A stretch of 32,000 nt of DNA, from the sequence record OZ345387.1; one strand, 5' to 3'. Under the pieces are notes generated by a model that was not told the DNA's origin, searched no databases, and saw only the letters and a list, made by a program, of their open reading frames with translations. This document shows, piece by piece, positions 1 to 10,249 of the stretch. The position numbers and the translations under genes are program-made. The first letter of the stretch is position 1. The number at the start of each line of letters is the position of its first letter.

Positions 1-1197
1 TGGAAAATGAGATTGATTAAAAATCGGAGATGGATGCTGAAAACTGTCTAAAGCCTTAGAAGATTTTAGACTGTTCCGAGAATTACTTAAATTGTTATTT
101 GAATGTAATAAATCCTTATTATTTACTAGATAGCGAGAAGAAGAAAACGGTTGAATCTTCTTAAAAGATGCTTTTGATAAAGTATTATAACTAGCCAAAA
201 AAGGGTTGCATTCAATAAATACAGATCCATCTTCATTAAATTTTCTACGCTGAGTTAGTGTACAAGAACCTTGTAAAATCTGATCAACTATTTGATCAAC
301 TTTTTCATGCACAACCCAACTGTTTCTTGTATGAATCTCTATAGCAACTTGAAATGCAGGAGCAGCTTTTCTTTCTAAAATACTTTTTTGAGTACCCCTA
401 CGCTTAGCTTCATCATCACCTAAAGTAACATATTGAATTCCACCAACTAAATCCGATAGAACTGGATTTTTTATTAAACTTTCCAGATAATTACCATGGG
501 CTGTACCTACTAACTGAACACCCCTTTCTGCAATAGTTCGTGCAGCTAAAGCCTCTAATTCTGTACCTATCTCATCAATAATAATTACTTCTGGCATATG
601 ATTTTCGACTGCTTCTATCATAACTTGATGTTGTAATTCCGGACGAGCAACTTGCATACGTCTTGCCCTACCTATAGCTGGATGCGGTATATCGCCATCA
701 CCAGCTATTTCGTTAGATGTATCAATAATAACAACCCTTTTTTCCATCTCATCAGCCAAAATACGAGCTATTTCTCGAATTGCAGTTGTTTTTCCGACAC
801 CTGGCTTACCCAACAACAGAATAGATTCTTTTCTCTCCAAGAGATCCCGTGCGATACTAATAGTACCAAAAATAGCCCGACCAACGCGGCAAGTTAAACC
901 TACTATGCTACCTTGCCTATTCCTAATTGAGCTAATTCTATGTAATGTTCGCTCAATACCAGAACGGTTATCATTACTAAAATTACCAATTCTTCTAGTA
1001 CAAAAATCTAAATCCTGCCAGGATATAGTTCTATTAGATAAATAATCAGGACCATTTGGAAAACGTGCTTCAGGTCTACGTCCTAGGTCCATAACAACTT
1101 CAATTAAAGACTTTCTATCTTGATGTTTTTCTAAAGGAATACGCACAAAATCTGGTAGTATCTCTAACAATTTATCTAAATCATCTGCAATTAACAT
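1..1197 (-). CDS. ycf45: ycf45-type AAA/P-loop ATPase (SpoIIIAA/R3H-associated family), 3' end beyond the window
   Basis: Hand translation from ATG (complement of 1195-1197) gives [60 protein letters not shown] Walker A motif [12 protein letters not shown] is encoded around 787-822. I checked the frame codon by codon over 1-300 and found no stop, so it runs off the left edge. It is absent from the ORF track because no stop lies in the window. Confidence 0.85.
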   Translation of the reverse strand, partial: MLIADDLDKLLEILPDFVRIPLEKHQDRKSLIEVVMDLGRRPEARFPNGPDYLSNRTISWQDLDFCTRRIGNFSNDNRSGIERTLHRISSIRNRQGSIVGLTCRVGRAIFGTISIARDLLERKESILLLGKPGVGKTTAIREIARILADEMEKRVVIIDTSNEIAGDGDIPHPAIGRARRMQVARPELQHQVMIEAVENHMPEVIIIDEIGTELEALAARTIAERGVQLVGTAHGNYLESLIKNPVLSDLVGGIQYVTLGDDEAKRRGTQKSILERKAAPAFQVAIEIHTRNSWVVHEKVDQIVDQILQGSCTLTQRRKFNEDGSVFIECNPFLASYNTLSKASFKKIQPFSSSRYLVNNKDLLHSNNNLSNSRNSLKSSKALDSFQHPSPIFNQSHFP

Positions 1198-1563
1198 TAC
1201 TTTATTATACAAGAATTAAATTGATATAGACCTATGCTACTAATTAATGGATAATCCATAATATTAATTATAAGATAAAATCAATAGAATATTTCTAATA
1301 ATTATTCAATGTTACTCAATAGTCATATAAATAAAATAGTCACAATTAAAGAATTCCATTGTAGAATAGACTCAGAGCTTAAATATTATTCAAACAAGAC
1401 AGGGAAAATAAAAGGTATCAAAGCCTTGCAAAACAATCTTACTATATATTTAATAGAATTCATAAACCATAATAGAATATGGGCTAGAAGAGACGAGATT
1501 GAATTTTCATAATATTTATATTTTAGAAAATACTTCATTATCAATAATAAAAATTAGAATGAC

Positions 1564-2052
1564 ATGCAATTTAAAATAAAAGAACTTAAAGCATTTTTAT
1601 CTTCAATTACAAAACATAAAGTAGAAAATCTCCATATTGAAAGCAAAAATTTAAAAATTACAATTAATACAATTAGACAACCAAAGAAAAGAGTAATTAA
1701 TCAACAAACAATTACACCAAGAATAAAAACCTCCAAAAGTAACATTAATCAAAAAGATTTCAGGCTAAATGAAAGCTCTATAAAACATAATTCTAGTAAT
1801 GAAACAGATATATATTTTACAATTATATCACCTATGATTGGTACTTTTTATAGATCACCAGCTCCTAATGAACCTTCATTTATTGAAGTTAATGATATAG
1901 TAAAAATCAACCAAACAGTATGCATAATTGAAGCTATGAAATTAATGAATGAAATAGAATCAGAGGTTAATGGCCATATTGTAGAAATATTAGTAGAAGA
2001 TGGTGATATAGTAGATTGTGGACAAGCATTAATGCGTGTAAAGCATAAATAA
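1564..2052 (+). CDS. accB: biotin carboxyl carrier protein of acetyl-CoA carboxylase
   Basis: The C-terminal biotinyl domain carries the canonical biotinylation motif CIIEAMKLMNEIE, plus SPMIGTFYRSPAP. Length is 162 aa. Confidence 0.93.
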   Translation: MQFKIKELKAFLSSITKHKVENLHIESKNLKITINTIRQPKKRVINQQTITPRIKTSKSNINQKDFRLNESSIKHNSSNETDIYFTIISPMIGTFYRSPAPNEPSFIEVNDIVKINQTVCIIEAMKLMNEIESEVNGHIVEILVEDGDIVDCGQALMRVKHK

Positions 2053-2085
2053 AACAATCAAGATTTTAAATATTGTTAACAGATT

Positions 2086-2114
2086 TTAAGTCTTAGCAAT
2101 CTTATAACTATAAT
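2086..2114 (+). promoter_or_regulatory. candidate sigma70/PEP-type promoter upstream of psaA (TTAAGT-N17-TATAAT)
   Basis: A perfect -10 TATAAT lies at 2109-2114 and a weak -35 TTAAGT at 2086-2091 with a 17-nt spacer. This is about 130 nt upstream of the psaA ATG. AT-rich background makes chance matches likely. Confidence 0.3.
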
Positions 2115-2247
2115 AAATAAGTAAAAACTCACTTATCATAAGAACTATATGAAATTGTATTATCTAACTAAACTAAACAAAAAGAGAATACAATAGCGAG
2201 CGTTTTAATTTCTTGTCTCATTCAAAAAATAAGAGAGGAGAATCTCA

Positions 2248-4512
2248 ATGACAACTAGCTCACAAGAGCAAACAGTACAAAAAGTTGAAGTCGTAGTAGA
2301 TAAAGATCCAGTAAGTACATCCTTTGAAAAATGGGCAAAACCAGGACATTTTTCACGCAGTTTACTTAAAGGACCAAAAACTACTACTTGGATTTGGAAT
2401 TTACATGCAGATGCTCATGATTTTGACAGTCATACAAGCTCTTTATCTTTAGAAGAAGTGTCACGAAAAATTTTCAGTGCTCACTTTGGACAATTAGCTA
2501 TTATTTTCTTATGGCTAAGTGGAATGTATTTTCACGGAGCTAAATTCTCAAACTATATTGCATGGTTAAGTAATCCAACGAATATTAAACCCAGCGCGCA
2601 AATCGTTTGGCCAATAGTAGGCCAAGAAATTTTAAACGGCGACGTTGGTGGTGGTTTTCAAGGAATACAGGTAACATCTGGATGGTTCCAACTATGGAGG
2701 GCTTCTGGTATTACAACTGAGTTAGAACTTTATGCAACTGCCATAGGAGGACTATTTATGGCAGGATTAATGGTTTTTGCTGGATGGTTTCATTATCATA
2801 AAAAAGCACCTAAACTAGCATGGTTTCAAAATGTAGAATCTATGATGAACCATCACCTATCTGGTTTACTAGGATTAGGTTGCTTAGGCTGGGCTGGACA
2901 TCAAATTCATATATCATTACCAATCAATAAATTATTAGACTCTGGTATTACACCACAGGAATTACCTCTACCTCATGAATTCCTTGTTAATAGAGAACTT
3001 ATGGCACAATTATATCCTAGCTTCAGTAAAGGTATTTTACCATTCTTTACTCTAAACTGGAATGAATACTCCGATTTTTTAACCTTCAAGGGTGGGCTTA
3101 ATCCAATCACTGGAGGGTTATGGTTAAGTGATACAGCTCATCACCATTTAGCTTTAGCGGTATTATTCATCATCGCAGGACATATGTACCGTACTAATTG
3201 GGGTATAGGTCATAGCATGAAAGAAATTTTAGAAGCTCATAAAGGTCCTTTTACAGGACAAGGACACAAAGGATTATACGAAATACTAACAACTTCATGG
3301 CATGCTCAATTAGCTATTAATTTAGCTATGATGGGCTCATTAAGTATAATTGTTGCACATCATATGTATGCAATGCCACCATACCCATATATTGCAACTG
3401 ATTATCCAACACAACTATCTTTATTTACACATCACATGTGGATTGGTGGTTTCTGTATAGTAGGCGCGGGAGCACACGCTTCTATTTTTATGGTCAGAGA
3501 TTACAATCCTGCACAAAATTACAATAATGTGTTAGACAGAATTATAAGACATCGAGATGCAATCATATCACACTTAAATTGGGTTTGCATATTCTTAGGA
3601 TTTCATTCTTTTGGCTTATATATTCACAACGATACTATGAGAGCCTTAGGTCGATCACAAGATATGTTTTCAGATACGGCAATACAATTGCAGCCAATTT
3701 TTGCTCAATGGGTACAAAATATACATAATTTAGCTCCTGGCAATACTAGTCCAAATGCTTTAGCAAGTGCGAGCTATGCATTTGGAGGAGAAGTCGTATC
3801 TGTTGGTAATAAGGTTGCAATGATGCCAATCTCTTTAGGAACTGCTGACTTCCTAGTACACCATATACATGCATTCACAATACACGTAACTGTACTAATC
3901 TTAGTTAAAGGATTTTTATTCGCCAGAAACTCTCGCTTAATTCCAGACAAATCTAACCTTGGCTTCCGATTTCCCTGCGACGGACCAGGACGAGGTGGCA
4001 CTTGTCAAGTATCTGGATGGGATCACGTATTCTTAGGCCTATTCTGGATGTATAATTCATTATCAATTGCTCTATTCCACTTTAGCTGGAAAATGCAATC
4101 TGATGTTTGGGGAAGCGTATCACAAAATGGTACGGTCTCACATATTACCGGAGGTAATTTTGCACAGAGTTCAATTACAATTAATGGCTGGTTAAGGGAT
4201 TTTTTATGGGCACAAGCTTCACAAGTAATACAATCATATGGATCAGCATTATCAGCATACGGATTAATTTTCCTAGGAGCACATTTCGTTTGGGCATTTA
4301 GTTTAATGTTCTTATTTAGTGGACGTGGTTACTGGCAAGAATTAATTGAATCAATTATATGGGCACACAACAAAATCAAAGTGGCTCCATCTATCCAACC
4401 ACGAGCACTAAGTATTACACAAGGAAGAGCTGTTGGCGTAGCTCATTATCTACTAGGAGGTATAGGCACAACTTGGGCTTTCTTCTTAGCGAGAATTATT
4501 GCAGTAGGATAA
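2248..4512 (+). CDS. psaA: photosystem I P700 apoprotein A1
   Basis: 754 aa. Motifs include [24 protein letters not shown] and the Fx cluster motif [21 protein letters not shown] Shine-Dalgarno-like element sits just upstream. Confidence 0.99.
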   Translation: MTTSSQEQTVQKVEVVVDKDPVSTSFEKWAKPGHFSRSLLKGPKTTTWIWNLHADAHDFDSHTSSLSLEEVSRKIFSAHFGQLAIIFLWLSGMYFHGAKFSNYIAWLSNPTNIKPSAQIVWPIVGQEILNGDVGGGFQGIQVTSGWFQLWRASGITTELELYATAIGGLFMAGLMVFAGWFHYHKKAPKLAWFQNVESMMNHHLSGLLGLGCLGWAGHQIHISLPINKLLDSGITPQELPLPHEFLVNRELMAQLYPSFSKGILPFFTLNWNEYSDFLTFKGGLNPITGGLWLSDTAHHHLALAVLFIIAGHMYRTNWGIGHSMKEILEAHKGPFTGQGHKGLYEILTTSWHAQLAINLAMMGSLSIIVAHHMYAMPPYPYIATDYPTQLSLFTHHMWIGGFCIVGAGAHASIFMVRDYNPAQNYNNVLDRIIRHRDAIISHLNWVCIFLGFHSFGLYIHNDTMRALGRSQDMFSDTAIQLQPIFAQWVQNIHNLAPGNTSPNALASASYAFGGEVVSVGNKVAMMPISLGTADFLVHHIHAFTIHVTVLILVKGFLFARNSRLIPDKSNLGFRFPCDGPGRGGTCQVSGWDHVFLGLFWMYNSLSIALFHFSWKMQSDVWGSVSQNGTVSHITGGNFAQSSITINGWLRDFLWAQASQVIQSYGSALSAYGLIFLGAHFVWAFSLMFLFSGRGYWQELIESIIWAHNKIKVAPSIQPRALSITQGRAVGVAHYLLGGIGTTWAFFLARIIAVG

Positions 4513-4529
4513 ATTAGGATTAATATAAA

Positions 4530-6734
4530 ATGGCAACAAAATTTCCAAAGTTTAGCCAGGCATTAGCACAAGATCCAACAACAAGAAGAATATGGTATGG
4601 AATTGCTACTGCCCATGATTTTGAAAGTCATGATGGAATGACAGAAGAAAATTTATATCAAAAGATTTTCGCATCTCATTTTGGCCACTTAGCTATTATT
4701 TTTTTATGGACCTCGGGTAACTTATTTCACGTTGCCTGGCAAGGTAATTTTGAACAATGGGCATTGAACCCATTAAAAATTAAGCCCATTGCTCATGCAA
4801 TCTGGGATCCTCACTTTGGTCAACCAGCTATAAAAGCCTTTACAAAAGGGGAGAGTCTATACCCAGTTAATATTACCTATTCAGGTGTATATCATTGGTG
4901 GTACACAATCGGAATGAGAACAAATAATGAGCTATATACAGGTTCTCTATTTTTATTATGTTTATCAGTAGTCATGCTTTTTGCAGGATGGTTACACCTT
5001 CAACCTAAATTCAAACCTGGTCTAGCTTGGTTTAAAAACAATGAATCAAGATTAAACCACCATCTATCGGGATTATTTGGTGTCAGTTCTTTAGCTTGGA
5101 CAGGTCACTTAATACATGTTGCTATTCCTGAATCTAGGGGTCAACATATCGGGTGGAATAATTTTTTAACAGTTCCACCACATCCAGAAGGATTAAAACC
5201 TTTCTTTAGTGGCAATTGGAGTGCTTATGCTTCTAATCCAGATACAGCCAACCATGTTTTTGGTAGTCAGGAAGGAGCCGGTAATGCTATCCTAACTTTT
5301 CTAGGCGGATTTCATCCACAAAGCCAATCATTGTGGTTAACAGATATAGCTCATCATCATCTAGCTATTGCTGTGATATTTATTGTAGCTGGTCACATGT
5401 ATAAAACCAATTGGCAAATCGGACATAACATCAAAGATATATTAGAAGCACATGAACCACCCAGTGGTAAACTAGGTAAAGGACATAAAGGGCTATATGA
5501 AACAATTACTAACTCATTACATATGCAGTTAGGACTAGCCTTAGCATCCATTGGCGCTATCACTTCCCTAGTTGCACAACACATGTATGCAATGCCACCA
5601 TATGCTTTTATGGCAAAAGACTTTACTACACAAGCAGCATTATATACACATCACCAATATATAGCTGGTTTTTTAATGGTAGGAGCATTTGCTCATGGTG
5701 CTATTTTTTTTGTAAGAGATTATGATCCAATACAAAATGAGAACAATGTTTTAGCTAGAATGCTAGAACATAAAGAAGCAATTATATCTCATTTAAGCTG
5801 GGCTTCATTATTTCTAGGTTTTCATACCCTAGGCTTATATATACATAACGATACTGTAGTAGCATTCGGCAACCCAGAAAAACAAATTCTAATCGAACCC
5901 ATTTTTGCACAATGGATTCAAGCCAGTTCTGGTAAGGCATTATACGGTTTTAATATTTTACTATCAAGCTCAAATAGTGTCGCTGTGGAAGCCGGAAGCA
6001 ATATTTGGTTACCCGGTTGGTTAGAAGCAATTAATAGTAATAAGAACTCCTTATTTTTAACAATTGGACCGGGCGATTTTTTAGTTCATCATGCTATTGC
6101 TCTTGGCTTACATACAACTACATTAATATTAGTTAAAGGAGCCTTAGATGCAAGAGGATCTAAATTAATGCCGGATAAAAAAGATTTTGGTTATAGTTTT
6201 CCATGCGATGGACCAGGACGAGGTGGTACCTGTGATATCTCAGCATGGGACGCATTCTATCTATCAGTTTTTTGGATGCTTAACACCATTGGATGGGTTA
6301 CATTCTATTGGCATTGGAAACATGTAACCATTTGGCAAGGTAATGTAAGTCAATTTAATGAGTCATCTACATATTTGATGGGCTGGCTTAGAGATTATTT
6401 ATGGCTTAATTCATCTCCATTAATTAATGGATATAATGCTTATGGAATGAACAGTTTATCTGTATGGGCTTGGATGTTCTTATTTGGTCACTTAATTTGG
6501 GCTACAGGATTCATGTTCTTAATCTCATGGCGAGGCTATTGGCAAGAATTAATTGAAACTTTAGCATGGGCTCATGAAAGAACACCTTTAGCTAATTTAA
6601 TTAGATGGAAAGATAAACCAGTTGCTTTATCTATTGTACAAGCAAGATTAGTAGGTTTAATTCATTTTTCAGTTGGTTATATACTAACATATGCAGCATT
6701 TGTCATTGCTTCAACAACAGGAAAATTTAGTTAA
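4530..6734 (+). CDS. psaB: photosystem I P700 apoprotein A2
   Basis: 734 aa. N-terminus is [35 protein letters not shown] and the Fx motif [12 protein letters not shown] is present. It starts 17 nt after psaA. Confidence 0.99.
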   Translation: MATKFPKFSQALAQDPTTRRIWYGIATAHDFESHDGMTEENLYQKIFASHFGHLAIIFLWTSGNLFHVAWQGNFEQWALNPLKIKPIAHAIWDPHFGQPAIKAFTKGESLYPVNITYSGVYHWWYTIGMRTNNELYTGSLFLLCLSVVMLFAGWLHLQPKFKPGLAWFKNNESRLNHHLSGLFGVSSLAWTGHLIHVAIPESRGQHIGWNNFLTVPPHPEGLKPFFSGNWSAYASNPDTANHVFGSQEGAGNAILTFLGGFHPQSQSLWLTDIAHHHLAIAVIFIVAGHMYKTNWQIGHNIKDILEAHEPPSGKLGKGHKGLYETITNSLHMQLGLALASIGAITSLVAQHMYAMPPYAFMAKDFTTQAALYTHHQYIAGFLMVGAFAHGAIFFVRDYDPIQNENNVLARMLEHKEAIISHLSWASLFLGFHTLGLYIHNDTVVAFGNPEKQILIEPIFAQWIQASSGKALYGFNILLSSSNSVAVEAGSNIWLPGWLEAINSNKNSLFLTIGPGDFLVHHAIALGLHTTTLILVKGALDARGSKLMPDKKDFGYSFPCDGPGRGGTCDISAWDAFYLSVFWMLNTIGWVTFYWHWKHVTIWQGNVSQFNESSTYLMGWLRDYLWLNSSPLINGYNAYGMNSLSVWAWMFLFGHLIWATGFMFLISWRGYWQELIETLAWAHERTPLANLIRWKDKPVALSIVQARLVGLIHFSVGYILTYAAFVIASTTGKFS

Positions 6735-6747
6735 AATAAATAAATAA

Positions 6748-6785
6748 TTAAAGGATTTACTTTTACATAAAAGTAAATCCTTTAA
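6748..6785 (+). terminator. perfect 18+18 nt inverted repeat (hairpin) immediately downstream of psaB
   Basis: ttaaaggatttactttta-ca-taaaagtaaatcctttaa, read directly. Function could be transcript 3' end, stability or processing, because rps14 follows on the same strand. Confidence 0.6.
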
Positions 6786-6858
6786 ATCTAATAAAATTGC
6801 AATAAATATCAAAATGGACTAACATAGCATTTATTCAAGATAGATTAAGGAAATTAAA

Positions 6859-7161
6859 GTGGCAAAAAAAAGTATGATTCAACGGGAAATAAAAAGAAAA
6901 AAACTAATAGATAAAAATATAAAGCAAAGAGAAAGTATAAAAAGAGAGACCAAAAACGCTGTAAGTTTTGATCAGCAGTTAAAGATACAAAAAAAATTAC
7001 AAGCATTACCACGTAATAGTTCACCTATAAGATTGAGAAATAGATGTTGGTTAACTGGACGTAGTAGAGGTTACTACAGAATATTCGGACTATCCAGGCA
7101 TGTATTAAGAGAGATGGCACATGATTGCTTATTACCAGGAGTAAAAAAATCAAGCTGGTAA
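6859..7161 (+). CDS. rps14: 30S ribosomal protein S14 (GTG start)
   Basis: [16 protein letters not shown] ... [29 protein letters not shown] ... LPGVKKSSW. The start codon at 6859 is GTG. An in-frame TAG lies at 6841-6843 with no ATG between, and AAGGA sits 7 nt upstream. Confidence 0.95.
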   Translation: MAKKSMIQREIKRKKLIDKNIKQRESIKRETKNAVSFDQQLKIQKKLQALPRNSSPIRLRNRCWLTGRSRGYYRIFGLSRHVLREMAHDCLLPGVKKSSW

Positions 7162-7171
7162 GTAAAAAAAT

Positions 7172-7201
7172 AAATACTCTAAATTTTATATTAGAGCATT
7201 T
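7172..7201. terminator. hairpin between convergent rps14 and petG
   Basis: aaatactctaa / ttagagcattt form an 11-bp stem with one A.C mismatch and an 8-nt loop. Confidence 0.4.
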
Positions 7202-7239
7202 ATATTAAATAATAAACTGATAAGTTTAATTAAATATTA

Positions 7240-7353
7240 CTAGAGACCACACTGATTTCCTCTACGATACTGCAAATAAGCAGCTACTAATAAACCTACC
7301 AAAGTTACGGGAATTAAACCTAAAACAATACCAGACAGAAGTGGTTCTACCAT
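7240..7353 (-). CDS. petG: cytochrome b6f complex subunit 5 (PetG)
   Basis: Hand translation gives [37 protein letters not shown] (37 aa). Not in the ORF track because it is too short. Confidence 0.92.
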   Translation of the reverse strand: MVEPLLSGIVLGLIPVTLVGLLVAAYLQYRRGNQCGL

Positions 7354-7429
7354 TTATATAATAAAATCAACCAATTAATTTAAAATACTATACTATAATT
7401 TCAATAATAAGCTAGACTAAATAAAAATT

Positions 7430-7567
7430 CTATCGGAAGCCAATAGCTGCCTGCCAAACAAATGCCAATAATAAAAAGAAAACTGGAATAACTGGCAATA
7501 TGTCAACTAATGGCCTAAATATAGCATATGCTTCTGGCAGCTTTGCAAAAATCATTGTCACTAACAT
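7430..7567 (-). CDS. psbK: photosystem II protein K (precursor)
   Basis: Hand translation gives [45 protein letters not shown] (45 aa). AGGAGG (complement of 7577-7582) lies 9 nt upstream of the start. Confidence 0.92.
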   Translation of the reverse strand: MLVTMIFAKLPEAYAIFRPLVDILPVIPVFFLLLAFVWQAAIGFR

Positions 7568-7797
7568 ATAAAAATACCTCCTACAATCTTAAGCAAAAAA
7601 TGTACTTAATAGAATGTACACTAAAAAATACATTTTCACATACTTTCTTCTTATTTTTTCATGTTAATTTAACAATAATCTGATTTAAAAACATAAAGTT
7701 AATAATTAAGATTATTATTATGAACTATATATATAATATAAAATAGAAGTAATATTAACTCAATTAATTAAAAATTAACATATAAAAAGGTAAACAT

Positions 7798-7986
7798 ATG
7801 ACTATTGTAATTCAATTATTAGTTTTAGGATTAATTCTTCTATCTATAGTATCCGTTGTATTTATGCCTGTAACTTTAGCTTCCCCAGGGCAATGGGAAA
7901 AATCTAAAAACCTTGTATATACTGGAGCTGGAATTTGGTCTACTTTAGTAATTATTACTGGAATAGCAAACTTATTTGTAGCTTAG
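7798..7986 (+). CDS. psbZ: photosystem II protein Z (ycf9)
   Basis: 62 aa with two TM helices: MTIVIQLLVLGLILLSIVSVVFMPVTLASPGQWEKSKNLVYTGAGIWSTLVIITGIANLFVA. Confidence 0.9.
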   Translation: MTIVIQLLVLGLILLSIVSVVFMPVTLASPGQWEKSKNLVYTGAGIWSTLVIITGIANLFVA

Positions 7987-8005
7987 TATAAATAAACTTT
8001 CATGG

Positions 8006-8081
8006 ATTATTTCAAGTACATATAATATAAAAAATCATTAGTAAATATATACTTGACAATTCATATGTACTTTGAAATAAT
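8006..8081 (+). repeat. long-range inverted repeat downstream of psbZ (about 18 bp, one bulged T, 39-nt loop)
   Basis: Left arm 8006-8023 (attatttcaagtacatat) pairs with right arm 8063-8081 (atatgtactttgaaataat). t8073 is unpaired. Confidence 0.55.
8053..8081 (+). promoter_or_regulatory. candidate promoter for trnG (TTGACA-N17-AATAAT)
   Basis: A perfect -35 TTGACA lies at 8053-8058 and a -10-like AATAAT at 8076-8081. The mature tRNA 5' end is at 8095. Confidence 0.35.
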
Positions 8082-8094
8082 ACCAACTAAATAA

Positions 8095-8166
8095 GCGGGT
8101 ATAGCTCAGTGGTAGAGCGTAACCTTGCCAAGGTTAATGTCGCGCGTTCGAATCGCGTTACCCGCT
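8095..8166 (+). tRNA. trnG: tRNA-Gly (anticodon GCC)
   Basis: Manual cloverleaf: GCGGGTA TA GCTC AGTGGTA GAGC G TAACC TTGCCAA GGTTA ATGTC GCGCG TTCGAAT CGCGT TACCCGC T. No encoded CCA. Confidence 0.95.
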
Positions 8167-10035
8167 TTAGGCAACAGTAGAATCTGTATCAATAACTGTA
8201 TTTGAATTATCTTTAGGCTGGTTAGATGAATCTGACTTACTATACACCTTTTTGCCTAATTCCATTAGAGAGTCTTGTAGTTGTTTTTGTTCGGATTCTA
8301 TTAAACTATAGTTACTATCAGAGATAGCCTTTCTTAAACTACTAATTTGAGCCTCAATTCTATTTTTGTCCTGCACATCAATCTTATCTTTTAAATCTTG
8401 TAGCTGACGCTCTGACTGATAACATAATGAATCTGCCTGATTCTTCAATTCTATATTACTGCGTTTTTGTTTATCTATATCCGAATTTATTTCTGCTTCC
8501 TTAACCAATTTATCAACTTCTTCTTTCGGAAGTGTAGATGCACCACTAATTGTTATAGATTGTTCCTTACCAGTACCCTTATCTTTAGCTTTAACAGACA
8601 GAATTCCATTAGCATCAATATCAAAAGTAACTTCTATCTGCGGTATACCCCTTGGAGCTGGCATTATGCCGTCTAAACGAAAGGTACCTAAACTTTTATT
8701 ATCTTTTGTAAATTCTCTCTCTCCCTGCAAAACATGAATTTCAACATTTGGCTGATTGTCAACAGCAGTTGAAAAAACTTCTGATTTTTTGGTTGGAACT
8801 GTAGTGTTTCTTGGAATCACTTTAGTCATAACTCCTCCCAAAGTTTCTACACCTAAAGATAATGGAGTAACATCCAATAAAAGAATATCCTTTACTTCAC
8901 CAGCTAAAACACCTGCTTGAACTGCAGCACCAATAGCGACTACCTCATCTGGATTAACACTTTGATTAGGATCTTTACCTATGATTTTTTTTACCAATGC
9001 TTGAATGGAAGGTATTCTTGTAGAACCACCGACTAAAACAACTTGATCTATTTTACTAGGATCTAATTGAGCATCATTCAACGCATTATTTACTGGTACT
9101 TGACATCGGCTAATTAGATCTGTACATAAGTTTTCAAACTTTGCACGGGTCATAGTTCTTTCTAAGTGTTTAGGGCCCGTATCAGTAGCAGTAATAAATG
9201 GTAAATTAATATTTGTTTGAGACAAATTAGACAATTCAATTTTTGCTTTCTCTGCAGCTTCTGTTAAACGCTGTAAAGCTTGCTTATCTTTACCCAGATC
9301 TATATTTTCATCATTTTTAAATTCTTGAATTAACCATTCTACTATTTGACTATCAAAATCATTACCACCCAAATGAGTATCACCTGATGTTGATAAAACC
9401 TCAAACACTCCATCACCTACCTCTAAAATAGAAACGTCAAAAGTACCTCCTCCCAAATCAAAAACAAGAATCGTTTCATTGTTTTGTTTTTCTAAGCCAT
9501 AAGATAACGATGCAGCTGTAGGTTCATTAATAATACGTAAGACATCTAAACCTGCAATCTTACCAGCATCTTTAGTAGCTTGTCTCTGTGAATCATTAAA
9601 ATAAGCTGGTACAGTTATAACTGCTTGAGTAACAGATTCACCAAGGTACTTACTGGCATCATCAGCTAATTTTCTTAGAACCTGAGCAGATATCTCTTCA
9701 GGAGCAAAATCTTTATTTAAAGCAGGACATTTAATTTTGATATTTAAATTATCATCAGAGCTAATTGTATAAGAAGACTGCTGTAATTCTGTTTTTATCT
9801 CTTCTTTTTTACAGCCAATAAATCTTTTTACAGAATAGAATGTATTTTCTGGATTAATTACAGCTTGCCTTTTTGCAATTTGTCCTACTAATTTATCTCC
9901 ATTCTTAGTATATGCAACTACAGAAGCTGTAGTTCTAGAACCTTCTGAATTCGGTATAACAGTAGGTTTACCTCCTTCCATTACAGCAACAACTGAATTA
10001 GTCGTTCCTAAATCAATACCAACCACTTTACTCAT
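8167..10035 (-). CDS. dnaK: Hsp70 chaperone DnaK
   Basis: 622 aa. Motifs are [19 protein letters not shown] and [15 protein letters not shown] lies upstream of the start. Confidence 0.99.
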   Translation of the reverse strand: MSKVVGIDLGTTNSVVAVMEGGKPTVIPNSEGSRTTASVVAYTKNGDKLVGQIAKRQAVINPENTFYSVKRFIGCKKEEIKTELQQSSYTISSDDNLNIKIKCPALNKDFAPEEISAQVLRKLADDASKYLGESVTQAVITVPAYFNDSQRQATKDAGKIAGLDVLRIINEPTAASLSYGLEKQNNETILVFDLGGGTFDVSILEVGDGVFEVLSTSGDTHLGGNDFDSQIVEWLIQEFKNDENIDLGKDKQALQRLTEAAEKAKIELSNLSQTNINLPFITATDTGPKHLERTMTRAKFENLCTDLISRCQVPVNNALNDAQLDPSKIDQVVLVGGSTRIPSIQALVKKIIGKDPNQSVNPDEVVAIGAAVQAGVLAGEVKDILLLDVTPLSLGVETLGGVMTKVIPRNTTVPTKKSEVFSTAVDNQPNVEIHVLQGEREFTKDNKSLGTFRLDGIMPAPRGIPQIEVTFDIDANGILSVKAKDKGTGKEQSITISGASTLPKEEVDKLVKEAEINSDIDKQKRSNIELKNQADSLCYQSERQLQDLKDKIDVQDKNRIEAQISSLRKAISDSNYSLIESEQKQLQDSLMELGKKVYSKSDSSNQPKDNSNTVIDTDSTVA

Positions 10036-10160
10036 AAAAATATCCTCAATAAATTAAAGTCATAGAACTATATAAATTTATATTAAAGAATTTCAGTAAT
10101 TTGATAAAGTAGTAGTTACCACACCAATAAGAATCAAAACAATAAATATCTCTTGAGAGG

Positions 10161-10189
10161 TTGAAAATTATAGTAAATTAAAAGATAAT
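10161..10189 (+). promoter_or_regulatory. candidate promoter of the rpl3 ribosomal cluster (TTGAAA-N17-GATAAT)
   Basis: The -35 TTGAAA at 10161-10166 and the -10 GATAAT at 10184-10189 each match consensus at 5/6, with a 17-nt spacer. The site is about 60 nt upstream of the rpl3 ATG. Confidence 0.4.
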
Positions 10190-10249
10190 ATCAATAAATA
10201 ACTTTCAAAAGTCTATACGCAAAAATCTCATTAAATTGGAGATATATTA

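Noticed and set aside
1309-1512. 67-aa ORF on the + strand between ycf45 and accB
   Set aside because: It has no recognisable motif and no Shine-Dalgarno-like element, and its K/I/N-rich composition is what random AT-rich DNA produces. I keep it only as part of the spacer finding, not as a gene call.
3967-4005. Sequence similarity of about 30 nt between psaA (3967-4005) and psaB (6198-6236)
   Set aside because: This is not a dispersed repeat or recombination element. It is the paralogous Fx iron-sulfur cluster motif [12 protein letters not shown], conserved in both PSI core subunits.
7568-7797. 230-nt psbK/psbZ divergent spacer containing a 27-codon ORF (MYLIECTLKNTFSHTFFLFFHVNLTII) and repeated aatgtac/tgtaca motifs
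   Set aside because: The ORF matches no small photosystem or cytochrome subunit I know, and the repeats are short and low-complexity. The tract is most simply a divergent promoter and 5' UTR region.
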